64,000 nt of DNA, taken from the IMG/VR virus record IMGVR_UViG_3300008267_000012; one strand, given 5' to 3'. Below are positions 46,750-56,345 of this stretch, piece after piece. The notes below the pieces were generated by a model. That model did not search any database and was not told the origin of the DNA. It was given only the letters and a program-made list of their open reading frames with translations. Position numbers and translations under genes: made by a program. Within the stretch, counting starts at the first letter, position 1. Every line of letters starts with the position of its first letter. This stretch comes from a virus. Its lineage: Duplodnaviria > Caudoviricetes.

Positions 46750-48006
46750 TTAATTTGTTACATATGTATAAATTGTTCTGATATTTGTTGGACTATTACA
46801 TCCTGCACATACGATGTCTATTCTATACCAACAGTTACCATATGTTAACTTAGGAGTTGCTTTTCTCCTAAAAAATCCTTGACTTACTTCAGTTTGTGTT
46901 AGTAAAATTCTTGTGCTTGTTGTTGTTTCAATTTCTGCATTTTTATATTGAACCTTTGCTAACGGTAGCGTTCCAACTTGTACTTGTGACAATGAAGGAT
47001 TTGATGCAAGTAATCCATTACCATCAATACATCTATAAAATCTTGCTTCCCAACCTGTTCTTGGACAGGATGTTAAGGTGTTAAATCTATATTCAAAATT
47101 TGCTTTTGTACTATTAATTACACTAAGTGCTGTTGTTGAGCATTGTTTTGCTGCAAATCTTACAGTTAATAAATCACTAAAATGTGTATTACAACTATCA
47201 TATACTTCAACTGATTTAATTTTATAATATTTTATACCTGTTTGAGGTACAGTTACGGTTGGTCTTGCCCATAATTTATCATTTCCAAAGTTACCCATAG
47301 GACCAGGGGCAGTAAATATATTATTTTGGAAATAATTAAAAGTAGTAAAAGGATATAATAATTGACCACTTGAAGTGCATTCCCATAATTCATACCTTCC
47401 AACATTATTTAATGATGATGCATATATTTGACCACTAGGTGGTGTAGGATTAAACCAATATGTAGAATTTGGTTTCCATTCACTATGAATATTAATTCTT
47501 GCTACTTTATCATAATTTACAGCACTATCAGCAGTTATTTTCATTGGTAACATAAATGTAGAATTATGTGATAATCCCAAAATATTATTTTCTGGTCCTT
47601 GCGGTGTAATTGCGTATTTATGATTTTGAAGTGTATCAACTACTAAAAAATAATAATATAATTTTACACTATGTAATTGATTAGTTCTATTAATTATAAC
47701 TGTGTCTGCTGATGTTGTAGATGGTAAGATACCATATATGGGATAATCATAAAATAATGTATCATTTATATTACCATCAGTACATAATTTAGTACCAATT
47801 AATACAATGTAGTAATATTTAAAACCGTGATTTTCTTTAAATATTGCTTTTAATTGATGCGTTCTATCTTTATTTGATGTTGAATCAACTGTAAAAATTA
47901 CATCTTCTGTAACATAAAATGGGTCAATTGTAGGAACTGCTTGTTGTGCAAATATTTTTACTGAAGTAAGTAAAAGTATTAGAAGTGTGTAAAGTATTTT
48001 TTTCAT
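46750..48006 (-). CDS. Secreted paralogue: 2 VDSxN repeats plus shared C-terminal domain
   Basis: Signal peptide; VDSTSNKDRTH, ADSAVNYDK; C-terminal domain 46750-47142. Confidence 0.85.
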   Translation of the reverse strand: MKKILYTLLILLLTSVKIFAQQAVPTIDPFYVTEDVIFTVDSTSNKDRTHQLKAIFKENHGFKYYYIVLIGTKLCTDGNINDTLFYDYPIYGILPSTTSADTVIINRTNQLHSVKLYYYFLVVDTLQNHKYAITPQGPENNILGLSHNSTFMLPMKITADSAVNYDKVARINIHSEWKPNSTYWFNPTPPSGQIYASSLNNVGRYELWECTSSGQLLYPFTTFNYFQNNIFTAPGPMGNFGNDKLWARPTVTVPQTGIKYYKIKSVEVYDSCNTHFSDLLTVRFAAKQCSTTALSVINSTKANFEYRFNTLTSCPRTGWEARFYRCIDGNGLLASNPSLSQVQVGTLPLAKVQYKNAEIETTTSTRILLTQTEVSQGFFRRKATPKLTYGNCWYRIDIVCAGCNSPTNIRTIYTYVTN

Positions 48007-48010
48007 AATT

Positions 48011-49129
48011 TTAAAGGTATATATAAACGTATTTACTTATTAATTTATTAGGATATGGGCAAGTTGCACAAACGATATCTATTCTGTACCATCCATAATT
48101 TATTATTTTTGGTGATGCATCTCTTTCAAAATATCCTTGAATTATTTCTTGTTGTGTTAATGTTATCCTAGAACTTGTTAAAGTCTCAATATCTGTAACA
48201 TTCTTATATTGAACATTAGCGGTTTTTAAATTTGGTAAAATTGATTGAGATAAGTTTAAATTTTGAGCATCGTAATTATCTGTATCTAATAATCTATAAA
48301 ATCTTGCTTCATATGCTCTTGTCTGATTAGGACAATTTGAATTTAGAGTAAATCTATATCTAAATTTTGTTGTTTGGTCATTTAAAATACTTAAATTACT
48401 TGGGGCGCAAGATGGAACAACAGGTGGTGGATTAAATGTTACCGTAGTTACATTACTTAGAGCAAATTCACAAGTATCAAGCGTTGGAAATAAAAATGCT
48501 CTTCTTCTTAAAAATGCTCTGTAATAGTATGTTCCTGGTGGTTTTGTTATATTAAAATCAACTGTAGTTGGTGGATTCGTAGTGTATGTTGGTGTTTGTA
48601 ATATATTTGTAAAGGTTGAACTAGTTGCAGAGGTATATTCTCTTATAACTATTCTACCAACATTACTAACGGTTGGTAAGGTAACTCTTAATCTAGCTGT
48701 ATTATTATTATTTATAACAGTATCAACAGATAAAAAACTATTATTTAAAGTTTTTATTGGTTTATTATTTTGTTTTGTTATAATTTGTATTTGGTTTGCT
48801 GCATTATTTGTAGCAACTGCTATGTACAAATAAATACCATTACCAATTGTTGGCATAACATAAGAAAATGTGTCTGCTGATGTTGTGTTTACTGTTGGTT
48901 GTTGTAATAAATTATAACCTTGTTGTTGGTATGTACAAAGATTTGCATATTGTCCAATAATATTAAAAGATGTAATTCCATGATTTGGTTTTAAAATAAT
49001 CTTTATGGTATGTATTGTATCATAATTGATTGATGAATCTACCTGTATTGCCCAAGAAGAATTTGATGATTGGCTAAATCCTAAGAATGGAAAAAGGGTT
49101 AGGGTTAAAAATATTAAAAATTTTTTCAT
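48011..49129 (-). CDS. Secreted paralogue: 2 VDSxN repeats plus shared C-terminal domain
   Basis: Signal peptide; VDSSINYDTIH, VDTVINNNN; C-terminal domain 48011-48409. Confidence 0.85.
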   Translation of the reverse strand: MKKFLIFLTLTLFPFLGFSQSSNSSWAIQVDSSINYDTIHTIKIILKPNHGITSFNIIGQYANLCTYQQQGYNLLQQPTVNTTSADTFSYVMPTIGNGIYLYIAVATNNAANQIQIITKQNNKPIKTLNNSFLSVDTVINNNNTARLRVTLPTVSNVGRIVIREYTSATSSTFTNILQTPTYTTNPPTTVDFNITKPPGTYYYRAFLRRRAFLFPTLDTCEFALSNVTTVTFNPPPVVPSCAPSNLSILNDQTTKFRYRFTLNSNCPNQTRAYEARFYRLLDTDNYDAQNLNLSQSILPNLKTANVQYKNVTDIETLTSSRITLTQQEIIQGYFERDASPKIINYGWYRIDIVCATCPYPNKLISKYVYIYL

Positions 49130-49185
49130 GTTTTTCTTTAAATAGGAAAAAAACCACTATATTTGTAAAACAATTTGTAATTATT

Positions 49186-49377
49186 ATGACAAAAAATCAA
49201 ATCTATGGACTAGTGGCGGTGGTAGTGCTTGCGCTAGGTGGTGGTGGTTATTATTTTATGACCCCACAAAAAGAATGTTGCAAAAAAGAAGCTACATGTA
49301 ATGCAATGACAGATAGTTCTGCAACTGTTAGCGATTCTGCAAAAGTAGATACCGCAGCAGTAAAAACTACAAATTAA
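49186..49377 (+). CDS. Small single-TM exported protein
   Basis: Start reset to MTKNQIYG downstream of TATATTTG 49158; TM, then CC/C and a DS/DT-rich tail. Confidence 0.7.
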   Translation: MTKNQIYGLVAVVVLALGGGGYYFMTPQKECCKKEATCNAMTDSSATVSDSAKVDTAAVKTTN

Positions 49378-49400
49378 TCTAACTGAGAACTAGGTTATTT

Positions 49401-49428
49401 AACCCTTGAGAAATCAAGGGTTTTTTTA
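49401..49428. terminator. Intrinsic terminator (GAAA tetraloop) between convergent genes
   Basis: aacccttga-gaaa-tcaagggtt followed by a T-run. Confidence 0.85.
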
Positions 49429-49429
49429 T

Positions 49430-49933
49430 TTAATTAAGACAGATATTATCTTCTGCTGTTAAGAGTTCAACTCTAAATTTTGAAACCATTTCCCCTTTAA
49501 GGAAAATATTATAATTTTTAAAGAAATGTTTCATTTTCATTTGACCATTATGTTCATTCATTATTGATAATGAGTAATCTTTAATTTCCTCTAATATTTT
49601 ATAATCAAAATCAAATAAGTCAAACTCTTTTGTTAGTTTAAAAAAATCATCATCCTCATTTGAGGAGAATAGAATTTCACTTATTAAGTTTTCCGATAAT
49701 CTTGGGTTTATATCAATTTGTTCTGAGAATTGCCAAATCTCATGAAAAACATTTATTATAAACTGTTTATCAATAATATAATCATTATTTTCTAATGCTT
49801 CAAGATATTTATTATCAATATCATCTTCTTCTGATACTTTTGAATAGAATTCACCATAGAGAAATGATTCAAACAAATGATATGTGTTTAAATTTCTATG
49901 GTATTTTCTTCTTATATAAATACTTTGTTCCAT
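49430..49933 (-). CDS. Acidic hypothetical protein
   Basis: Start MEQSIY, 14 nt after CTATTTAA. Confidence 0.7.
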   Translation of the reverse strand: MEQSIYIRRKYHRNLNTYHLFESFLYGEFYSKVSEEDDIDNKYLEALENNDYIIDKQFIINVFHEIWQFSEQIDINPRLSENLISEILFSSNEDDDFFKLTKEFDLFDFDYKILEEIKDYSLSIMNEHNGQMKMKHFFKNYNIFLKGEMVSKFRVELLTAEDNICLN

Positions 49934-49964
49934 ATGGACCATTTTATTTAAATAGAAAAATAAA

Positions 49965-50471
49965 TTAAACTATTCTTGTATGGAGTGCGTTTATAGCCAC
50001 TAATTTATTATCCTTAACTGAGGATAATATTAAATCCTGAACCAATCCTAGATTTTCATTTAATTGTAATGTACCATTATATTCAATATCATAAACCATT
50101 AGTTGACCAAAATTATCTTTTTCTTCATCTGATAAATAACAAAGAGGTTCAACTTGTTCGTATTCATTATCAGATAATTTATTTACATATGATGCTGAAG
50201 TAAAATCCCAAATGGTGACAAAATCGCCTTCATTTTTTTTATCAACATCTAACATCTTTTCATAGTTTTCCAATTTCTCCATAAAAAATTTTTGTGCTGA
50301 AATTGAATGCATGATTTGTCCTATTTTTGCTTTTTTTTCTTCTTCAACAAATTCCTTTAATGTTTCAAGGAATTTTTCCTTTGGAATTCTTTTCACAAAA
50401 ATAGAAATTAATTGCTCTGTGTCCAAGAACAAGAGAAAAAAGTTTTTAAAGAAATTTTTAATGTATCTCAT
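49965..50471 (-). CDS. Hypothetical protein
   Basis: 168 aa; TATATTTG upstream. Confidence 0.7.
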   Translation of the reverse strand: MRYIKNFFKNFFLLFLDTEQLISIFVKRIPKEKFLETLKEFVEEEKKAKIGQIMHSISAQKFFMEKLENYEKMLDVDKKNEGDFVTIWDFTSASYVNKLSDNEYEQVEPLCYLSDEEKDNFGQLMVYDIEYNGTLQLNENLGLVQDLILSSVKDNKLVAINALHTRIV

Positions 50472-50477
50472 ATAATA

Positions 50478-50783
50478 TTACAAATATAATTTAAATGATT
50501 TTATTATTTTAAAATTTTCATCCATCTTTCTACAAGATTCAGGAAATTTTATCACATCCTCTTCAGATAATTCAAACCATTCTCCATTAACTTTCAAAAA
50601 GTTATACTTATTGTGTAAAGCATTTTCAACCTGATTTGAATTTTCACAAATAATTTTATGAATTATTTTTAGAATTCTATCGTTACCTGTCTGTAATGTT
50701 TTTAATCTTTTTTCGGGATTATTGGATATGCCTATTTTATAAGTGTAATTATTAATATCAGATATCAAGTAGACATATTTCAT
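50478..50783 (-). CDS. GIY-YIG-like nuclease (T5orf172/MUG113 type)
   Basis: YVYLI...YKIGISNNPEKRLKTLQTGN...ENALH...GEWFEL. Confidence 0.85.
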   Translation of the reverse strand: MKYVYLISDINNYTYKIGISNNPEKRLKTLQTGNDRILKIIHKIICENSNQVENALHNKYNFLKVNGEWFELSEEDVIKFPESCRKMDENFKIIKSFKLYL

Positions 50784-50803
50784 AATCCACTTAAAATACG
50801 CTA

Positions 50804-50992
50804 TTAAAAATAATCTTCGTTAAATTCTGTTGGTGTTTGGTTGGGGTTTTTAGATGCATTAAATTCATCCCTTCTTGCAAGTTCTTCCTTTAATTCCTTA
50901 ATAAAAGAATTAATAGCACTCCTTGACAAGTTCTTTGCAACGTATTTAAAGTTCATAGAAACCATCTTCCTCTTTGTCTTAAAATCTTCCAT
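50804..50992 (-). CDS. Hypothetical protein
   Basis: 62 aa; CTATTTAA upstream. Confidence 0.6.
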   Translation of the reverse strand: MEDFKTKRKMVSMNFKYVAKNLSRSAINSFIKELKEELARRDEFNASKNPNQTPTEFNEDYF

Positions 50993-51034
50993 ATATATTA
51001 ATATTTATATTTAAATAGAAGATTTATAACATAT

Positions 51035-51478
51035 TCAATAGTTTTTAACCAATTTTTCCTTCTTATCAAGCATTAATCTAGCACAATGCTTTTTATTTCT
51101 TGTATGTACTCTAAATTTTACATCATCACCATCTTTAAACAGCTCTTTCAATACATATTCCGCATTACAATTTGGATTAACTAACTTAATAGTTTTACAA
51201 GCATCTTCCATATTAATTTCAATTGATTTTGGGTTTTTACTATACTTATCTTTAAGTGTTAAAAATATTGATGTAGCAAACTCATCCATTCTCATTAATT
51301 TCTTATCAACACGCATTTTATCAAATGGGTTGTAGATAATTATCCATTTGTCATCTTGAATAGATAATTTACCCCACATTGGATTATAAGTTTGTCTTCC
51401 AAAATAATTATCCTCATTTTGGTCTTTTACTTTAGATGCTTGGTCTAATAATTTATCAAATTCACTATTATTTTCCAT
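51035..51478 (-). CDS. Hypothetical protein
   Basis: 147 aa ORF. Confidence 0.7.
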   Translation of the reverse strand: MENNSEFDKLLDQASKVKDQNEDNYFGRQTYNPMWGKLSIQDDKWIIIYNPFDKMRVDKKLMRMDEFATSIFLTLKDKYSKNPKSIEINMEDACKTIKLVNPNCNAEYVLKELFKDGDDVKFRVHTRNKKHCARLMLDKKEKLVKNY

Positions 51479-53249
51479 ATTTATTTTTATATGTTTTAAT
51501 CAATTCTTTTATAACATCAATTTTTACAGATTCATCAACATATTCTTTATTGTCAATGACTTTATCAATTACTTTTTTCTTTTCTTTTAGAATTGCATTG
51601 ACTCTTTCATCAATTGAATCACGAACAATTAGATTATATACCATTACATGACTTTCCTGACCAATCCTATGCGCTCTTGCATAACATTGCTCGTTTATTG
51701 ATGGTACATAATTCTGAGTAATCATAAATATATTTGATGCTCTTGTTAGTGTTAAACCTGCATTACCTGTTTGAACGGTCAGTAAAAGATTCATTACATC
51801 GTCATCATTCCTTTGAAATTCATCAATATATTGTTGTCTTGTTTCAACATCTACATCTCCTGTAAATAATCTTGAATTTTCAGGTGAATATTCATAAACC
51901 TTTTTTAAGGTTGATTTAAATTCATCAAATATGATGAGTTTTTGCCCTTCTTCATTATATGATTTAATTATATCAGATAAATAATTGATTTTCAATGATG
52001 AAGTGTATTGTCTTAACTTTTGTAAGACAGTTAAGAAATGCATTTTATCACTTAGATTATCTGATACTTCAAGTTTTGATAAATCCATTGTCTTTAATCC
52101 ACTTTCAATATCATCATATTCATCAAATTGTTCATCTGACATATCAATGAAGACTTCATTAATAAGAAGAGATGGTAAATCTTTTAAAACATCAGTTTTC
52201 TTTACTCTAAACATTACTCCATCCATTTTATTGAATAGAATATCTAAACTAATGTCTTTATGTGATTCGTAACCAAATCTACCTTTTATCATTCCGCAGA
52301 AATTCTCATAATAGAATCTTTTACTCTTAATTTGATAGGGAGAAAGCAAATGAAGTTGTGTATAGAGTTCAGTTACCCTTGATGGCATTGGAGTGCCTGT
52401 AAGTAGGAAAATGAATGGAAAATCAATGGTTTTAATTGTGTAAAGAAGATTCTTTGTTTGGTTTGCCTTTTCATTCTTAATATTTTGAGATTCATCCAAA
52501 ATAATTGCGTCAAAATTTGGAAAAGGTTTTTTAAATTTCCTTTCAAATGAATTTTTAAATACACCTGGTCTATCTCTAAAGAAATTATAATTTACAATAA
52601 TATATTTTGCATCCTTAATTTCACAATCATTTTTTTTATATCCAACTATATGAACTTTTTTATGTTTTGTGAATTTTTTAATTTCATTTTGATAATTGAA
52701 TTTAAGACTGTTGGGAACAACTACTAATACCTTTTTAATATCTTTTGACATTTCACAGGCAAGGATACTTGTGATTGATTTACCACAGCCTTGTTCAAAT
52801 CCAAGCATTGCCTTTTTTCTGAACAAAAGAAAATCAGCACCTATACATTGATAATTGAATGGATTGATTCCTTCTTCTAAGAATTTTTTATAATTCTTTA
52901 AATCAACTTCTCTATCTAATTTTTTTATTTTCTTAGAATGGTCATCTAATTTTTCTTCATCAGATTTATTTTTTTCTTTGTCTTTATTTTCTTCTAAGAG
53001 TTTATCTTTTACTTTGATAAAATCATTCCTATCCTCAAATGAATTAAATTTAAAGAATATATTTTTATCACCTTTATAGGATTTAATAATATCAAATAAA
53101 TCTAAACAATGAACTTCCCAAGAGTTATCTGATTTTTCAAACTTTGAGTGTTCATATTGTTTAATTCTTTGAATTAAATCAAGTAAATAAGGAAAAGATA
53201 GGGAGAAGAATCTTGACCTCCCTATCCTTTTTACTTTAATATTAATCAT
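51468..53249 (-). CDS. SNF2-family helicase/translocase
   Basis: EQGCGKS, ILDESQ, LTGTP, GLTLT, QCYARAHRIGQ. Confidence 0.92.
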   Translation of the reverse strand: MINIKVKRIGRSRFFSLSFPYLLDLIQRIKQYEHSKFEKSDNSWEVHCLDLFDIIKSYKGDKNIFFKFNSFEDRNDFIKVKDKLLEENKDKEKNKSDEEKLDDHSKKIKKLDREVDLKNYKKFLEEGINPFNYQCIGADFLLFRKKAMLGFEQGCGKSITSILACEMSKDIKKVLVVVPNSLKFNYQNEIKKFTKHKKVHIVGYKKNDCEIKDAKYIIVNYNFFRDRPGVFKNSFERKFKKPFPNFDAIILDESQNIKNEKANQTKNLLYTIKTIDFPFIFLLTGTPMPSRVTELYTQLHLLSPYQIKSKRFYYENFCGMIKGRFGYESHKDISLDILFNKMDGVMFRVKKTDVLKDLPSLLINEVFIDMSDEQFDEYDDIESGLKTMDLSKLEVSDNLSDKMHFLTVLQKLRQYTSSLKINYLSDIIKSYNEEGQKLIIFDEFKSTLKKVYEYSPENSRLFTGDVDVETRQQYIDEFQRNDDDVMNLLLTVQTGNAGLTLTRASNIFMITQNYVPSINEQCYARAHRIGQESHVMVYNLIVRDSIDERVNAILKEKKKVIDKVIDNKEYVDESVKIDVIKELIKTYKNKYGK

Positions 53250-53251
53250 TT

Positions 53252-53875
53252 TTAATTTCCTTGAGCCTTTTTCCTTTGAAGAGTCTCAAATAATATTTCT
53301 TTTGCTTTTTCTTTAATTACATCTCTAAAAACAGATTCCATCATAACTTTTAATCTATCTTTTGAAAAAATTTCTTTAAAAAGAATTTTTGTTACTTCTT
53401 CAGTAACCATTTGTCTAATATCTTTTTCGTTTAATGAAACAGATGATTGCGGTATATTTTCTTCTTTTTTATATTCCTTTGCTTCGTTAATAAAATCTTG
53501 ATATTGTGTTTCAATTCTTTTATTTTCAATAATAGGCATTGCTTGTGGTCTATTTCCTGATAATAAAGACATAATTTCATCAGGAGATACTTGTCTTTTA
53601 CTCATACCAATTTTATCTGCCTTTGTTTTTGCTAAAATTTCAGAAATTGGAACTTGTCTTTCTTTTTGCTCAACCATAGGTTGAGATTGTTTTTGTTGTT
53701 TTACAGGTGTAATTTTTTTTGCTTTAACAACACCATTATTTGTTTCCATTGAATCAGCAACTTCGTTGATTTTCTTAATCTTATTCAACCAAGCCTCTGA
53801 TAATTGTGCAGTATTATCAGTTGGTCTTTCTACACCACCTAATACCTTTAGTGCTTTTAATCCTACTTGACTCAT
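53252..53875 (-). CDS. Hypothetical protein (probably late)
   Basis: 207 aa; acidic LNEKDIRQMVTEEV segment. Confidence 0.7.
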   Translation of the reverse strand: MSQVGLKALKVLGGVERPTDNTAQLSEAWLNKIKKINEVADSMETNNGVVKAKKITPVKQQKQSQPMVEQKERQVPISEILAKTKADKIGMSKRQVSPDEIMSLLSGNRPQAMPIIENKRIETQYQDFINEAKEYKKEENIPQSSVSLNEKDIRQMVTEEVTKILFKEIFSKDRLKVMMESVFRDVIKEKAKEILFETLQRKKAQGN

Positions 53876-53894
53876 AATATTATAATACGTTTTT

Positions 53895-54407
53895 TTATTT
53901 CTTTTTATTTATAGTGAAAATGGTTGTAACATCGGTCAATGCCTTGTTAAACAGTTTGTTTAGTTTTGGTCTATTAGCAGCAATAAAAGCATCACTTGTA
54001 TCAATATTTTGAATAGTATATTTAAAATCACTAATACCATCTAAACGAAACATTCTCCATCTAACTTTATCGTGTGGAGTTGCATCAATTGCATTTAATG
54101 TTTTTGATGTTATATTTTTTAACCAACCATAAATTACTCTATTTCCCCATTTATTTGTACCAAGAGCAAAAATTTCAACATCTCTATAACCTTTAACACC
54201 ACCACTAGGGTCATCAGGTGCTTCATAATTAAATTTGCACACAGGAATACCCTTCCTTCTTCTGTTGAATTTCATAGCATTTATTATTTTTCCCTCAATG
54301 TCTGAACCTGATGGTTTTTCTGTATCTAACCTAGTGTCTTGTTCGGTAATGAGTTTTTTTAATAATAAATGCTCTAAGTATAATAATTTACTTTTGGTAC
54401 TAAGCAT
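53895..54407 (-). CDS. Stand-alone WYL-domain protein
   Basis: FNYE...GYRDVEIFALG...IYGW...WRMFRLDGISDF; start via TAATG overlap. Confidence 0.75.
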   Translation of the reverse strand: MLSTKSKLLYLEHLLLKKLITEQDTRLDTEKPSGSDIEGKIINAMKFNRRRKGIPVCKFNYEAPDDPSGGVKGYRDVEIFALGTNKWGNRVIYGWLKNITSKTLNAIDATPHDKVRWRMFRLDGISDFKYTIQNIDTSDAFIAANRPKLNKLFNKALTDVTTIFTINKKK

Positions 54408-54751
54408 TAGGAATTCCAAGTAACATTATATTCATTTCCTGGTCTGTACTTATTTTGTGCAAGTGTACCTGGTGAGTCAGAACCTATTCTTGCTCTTATA
54501 TCATCTTTTCCACCAACATTGAAAATTGCATCTTGGTAGGATGCAGGTGGTTGTGCAGGTTCTTTACCATGATTATCACCATTTATACCTTCTGAGTATA
54601 CATATGGGTGATTTTTAGTGTATGGGTTATTGATATTAATTTTATCATACCCAATTGGTGCAATTTGTTGAAGTTCAACTCTTCTTACATTACCAATTGT
54701 TTTTATTGGACTATTTGATGGTTGAATTGGGGTTGGGGTTGGGGTTGCCAT
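54407..54751 (-). CDS. Hypothetical protein (probably virion)
   Basis: 114 aa, Pro/Gly/Asn-rich, in the CTATTTA operon. Confidence 0.65.
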   Translation of the reverse strand: MATPTPTPIQPSNSPIKTIGNVRRVELQQIAPIGYDKININNPYTKNHPYVYSEGINGDNHGKEPAQPPASYQDAIFNVGGKDDIRARIGSDSPGTLAQNKYRPGNEYNVTWNS

Positions 54752-54768
54752 ATTAATTTAATTTAATT

Positions 54769-54972
54769 TTATTCTCCGATTTGATTTTCTAATTTGTTAA
54801 GTTCATCATCAAGTAGATTTTTAACATAACCAACTGTATTATCTTTTATTGTTTCATTCATTGTTTTTTTGTTTTCGCTAAAAGTACGGTTTTTCTGACC
54901 TTTGAAATTCAAAAGATAATCAAGTCTTTTTGCATTATAATCTGTGGAATTATATGATTTAAACTTTTTCAT
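54769..54972 (-). CDS. Hypothetical protein
   Basis: 67 aa; CTATTTAT upstream. Confidence 0.65.
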   Translation of the reverse strand: MKKFKSYNSTDYNAKRLDYLLNFKGQKNRTFSENKKTMNETIKDNTVGYVKNLLDDELNKLENQIGE

Positions 54973-55018
54973 AGTTATTTTATTATAAATAGATACTTTT
55001 AAAACTATTTACAATAAA

Positions 55019-55804
55019 ATGATTCCAAAAGGTGCTAAATATGGTAATAAAGTTTTTATAGGTAAATCAGGAGAAGAAAGAGTTAGAGAACTTTTAGATG
55101 ATACTGATGCAAAAACTGTTTTTTTACCTGAATCAATTTCTATAATTGATTTAGATGCGGAAATTGTTAATGTACTTAATTATGGTGCATTATCTGTAAC
55201 ATCTGATTCAAGAAAAGAAAGAGTTCCTGCTTTTTTATTTGGTGCTGAAAAATGGAGTGAGTTTTCTAAAACTTGGCAATATACTGATGATGATAAAAAT
55301 CTAATATTTCCAATTATTACTATTCGTAAGACAGAAACTAAGTTTGGTTCTAGATTAGGTGAAAATAGACACTTTATTTCTAATCAAAAAACTTATGAAT
55401 ATACAAGAGTTCCTGTAAGAGATGCTAATAATGGTGTTGTTGGATATGAAATATATAAAATACCAAATCCAACACCAATTGATATTACATATGAAATAAG
55501 AATGTTTAGTGATTTCTCAAGAGATATGAATAAATTTGATGAGAAATTTATGCGTCAATTTCAAGACAGACAATTTTATATCAATGTTAAAGGTCATTAT
55601 ATGCCTGTATTTTTAGTATCAAGTTCTGATGAATCAGAAACGGATATTGAAAAAGCAAATTACTTAATAAAAATACATAATATAAATCTAAGAGGTTTTA
55701 TTCTTGATGAGAATGATTTTGAAATTGTTCGTGCTAATCAAAGAATAGTAAAAATTACGGAAATAAACGGTAAGGAAGTAGGTAGAGATAATTATCAATT
55801 ATAA
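55019..55804 (+). CDS. Putative tail/neck completion-type structural protein
   Basis: FPIITIRK...PTPIDITYEIRMFS...MNKFDE resembles tail-terminator-like proteins; CTATTTAC upstream. Function is inference. Confidence 0.5.
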   Translation: MIPKGAKYGNKVFIGKSGEERVRELLDDTDAKTVFLPESISIIDLDAEIVNVLNYGALSVTSDSRKERVPAFLFGAEKWSEFSKTWQYTDDDKNLIFPIITIRKTETKFGSRLGENRHFISNQKTYEYTRVPVRDANNGVVGYEIYKIPNPTPIDITYEIRMFSDFSRDMNKFDEKFMRQFQDRQFYINVKGHYMPVFLVSSSDESETDIEKANYLIKIHNINLRGFILDENDFEIVRANQRIVKITEINGKEVGRDNYQL

Positions 55805-55805
55805 T

Positions 55806-56324
55806 ATGAATACTTATTATTTAGATATCTTTTTAAAAAAAACCTATAAAAATTTAGGTCTATTTGATATTGCTGACCCAAATGCAACTATAAATGGTAC
55901 ACTAAGTGCATCAACAGTTATAGTACCAACATCTCCAACAATACCAATAATACAACCAAGAAATGTTTATGTAACAGGCACAACAAAGAGTAGATTAAAC
56001 GAAGTTAAATCATACGATAAAATTAATCCTTATAAAGTTGGTGTTAAAGGTGTGACAGGTGTAACATCAGAATATGTAGAATATATAATTGATGATATTT
56101 ATTATAAAACATTTTTATCAGGTGAATCAACTTATTTTGAATTTAGAAAAATGAGTGACACATTAGACCAAAAAATTATTATTGCTAACGAAAATTTAGT
56201 ATCAATTGATATCAAAAAAACTTTAAATGCAATGGTTATTGATAGAAGTAATATGTCAATTTATGATTACTTTAGTAAAATAAATAATTGCAGTAGTCTT
56301 GATGATATAATGGAAATTTTTTAA
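55806..56324 (+). CDS. Hypothetical structural protein
   Basis: 172 aa, coupled to 55019. Confidence 0.6.
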   Translation: MNTYYLDIFLKKTYKNLGLFDIADPNATINGTLSASTVIVPTSPTIPIIQPRNVYVTGTTKSRLNEVKSYDKINPYKVGVKGVTGVTSEYVEYIIDDIYYKTFLSGESTYFEFRKMSDTLDQKIIIANENLVSIDIKKTLNAMVIDRSNMSIYDYFSKINNCSSLDDIMEIF

Positions 56325-56345
56325 TCTATTTAAAGAAAAACATAA

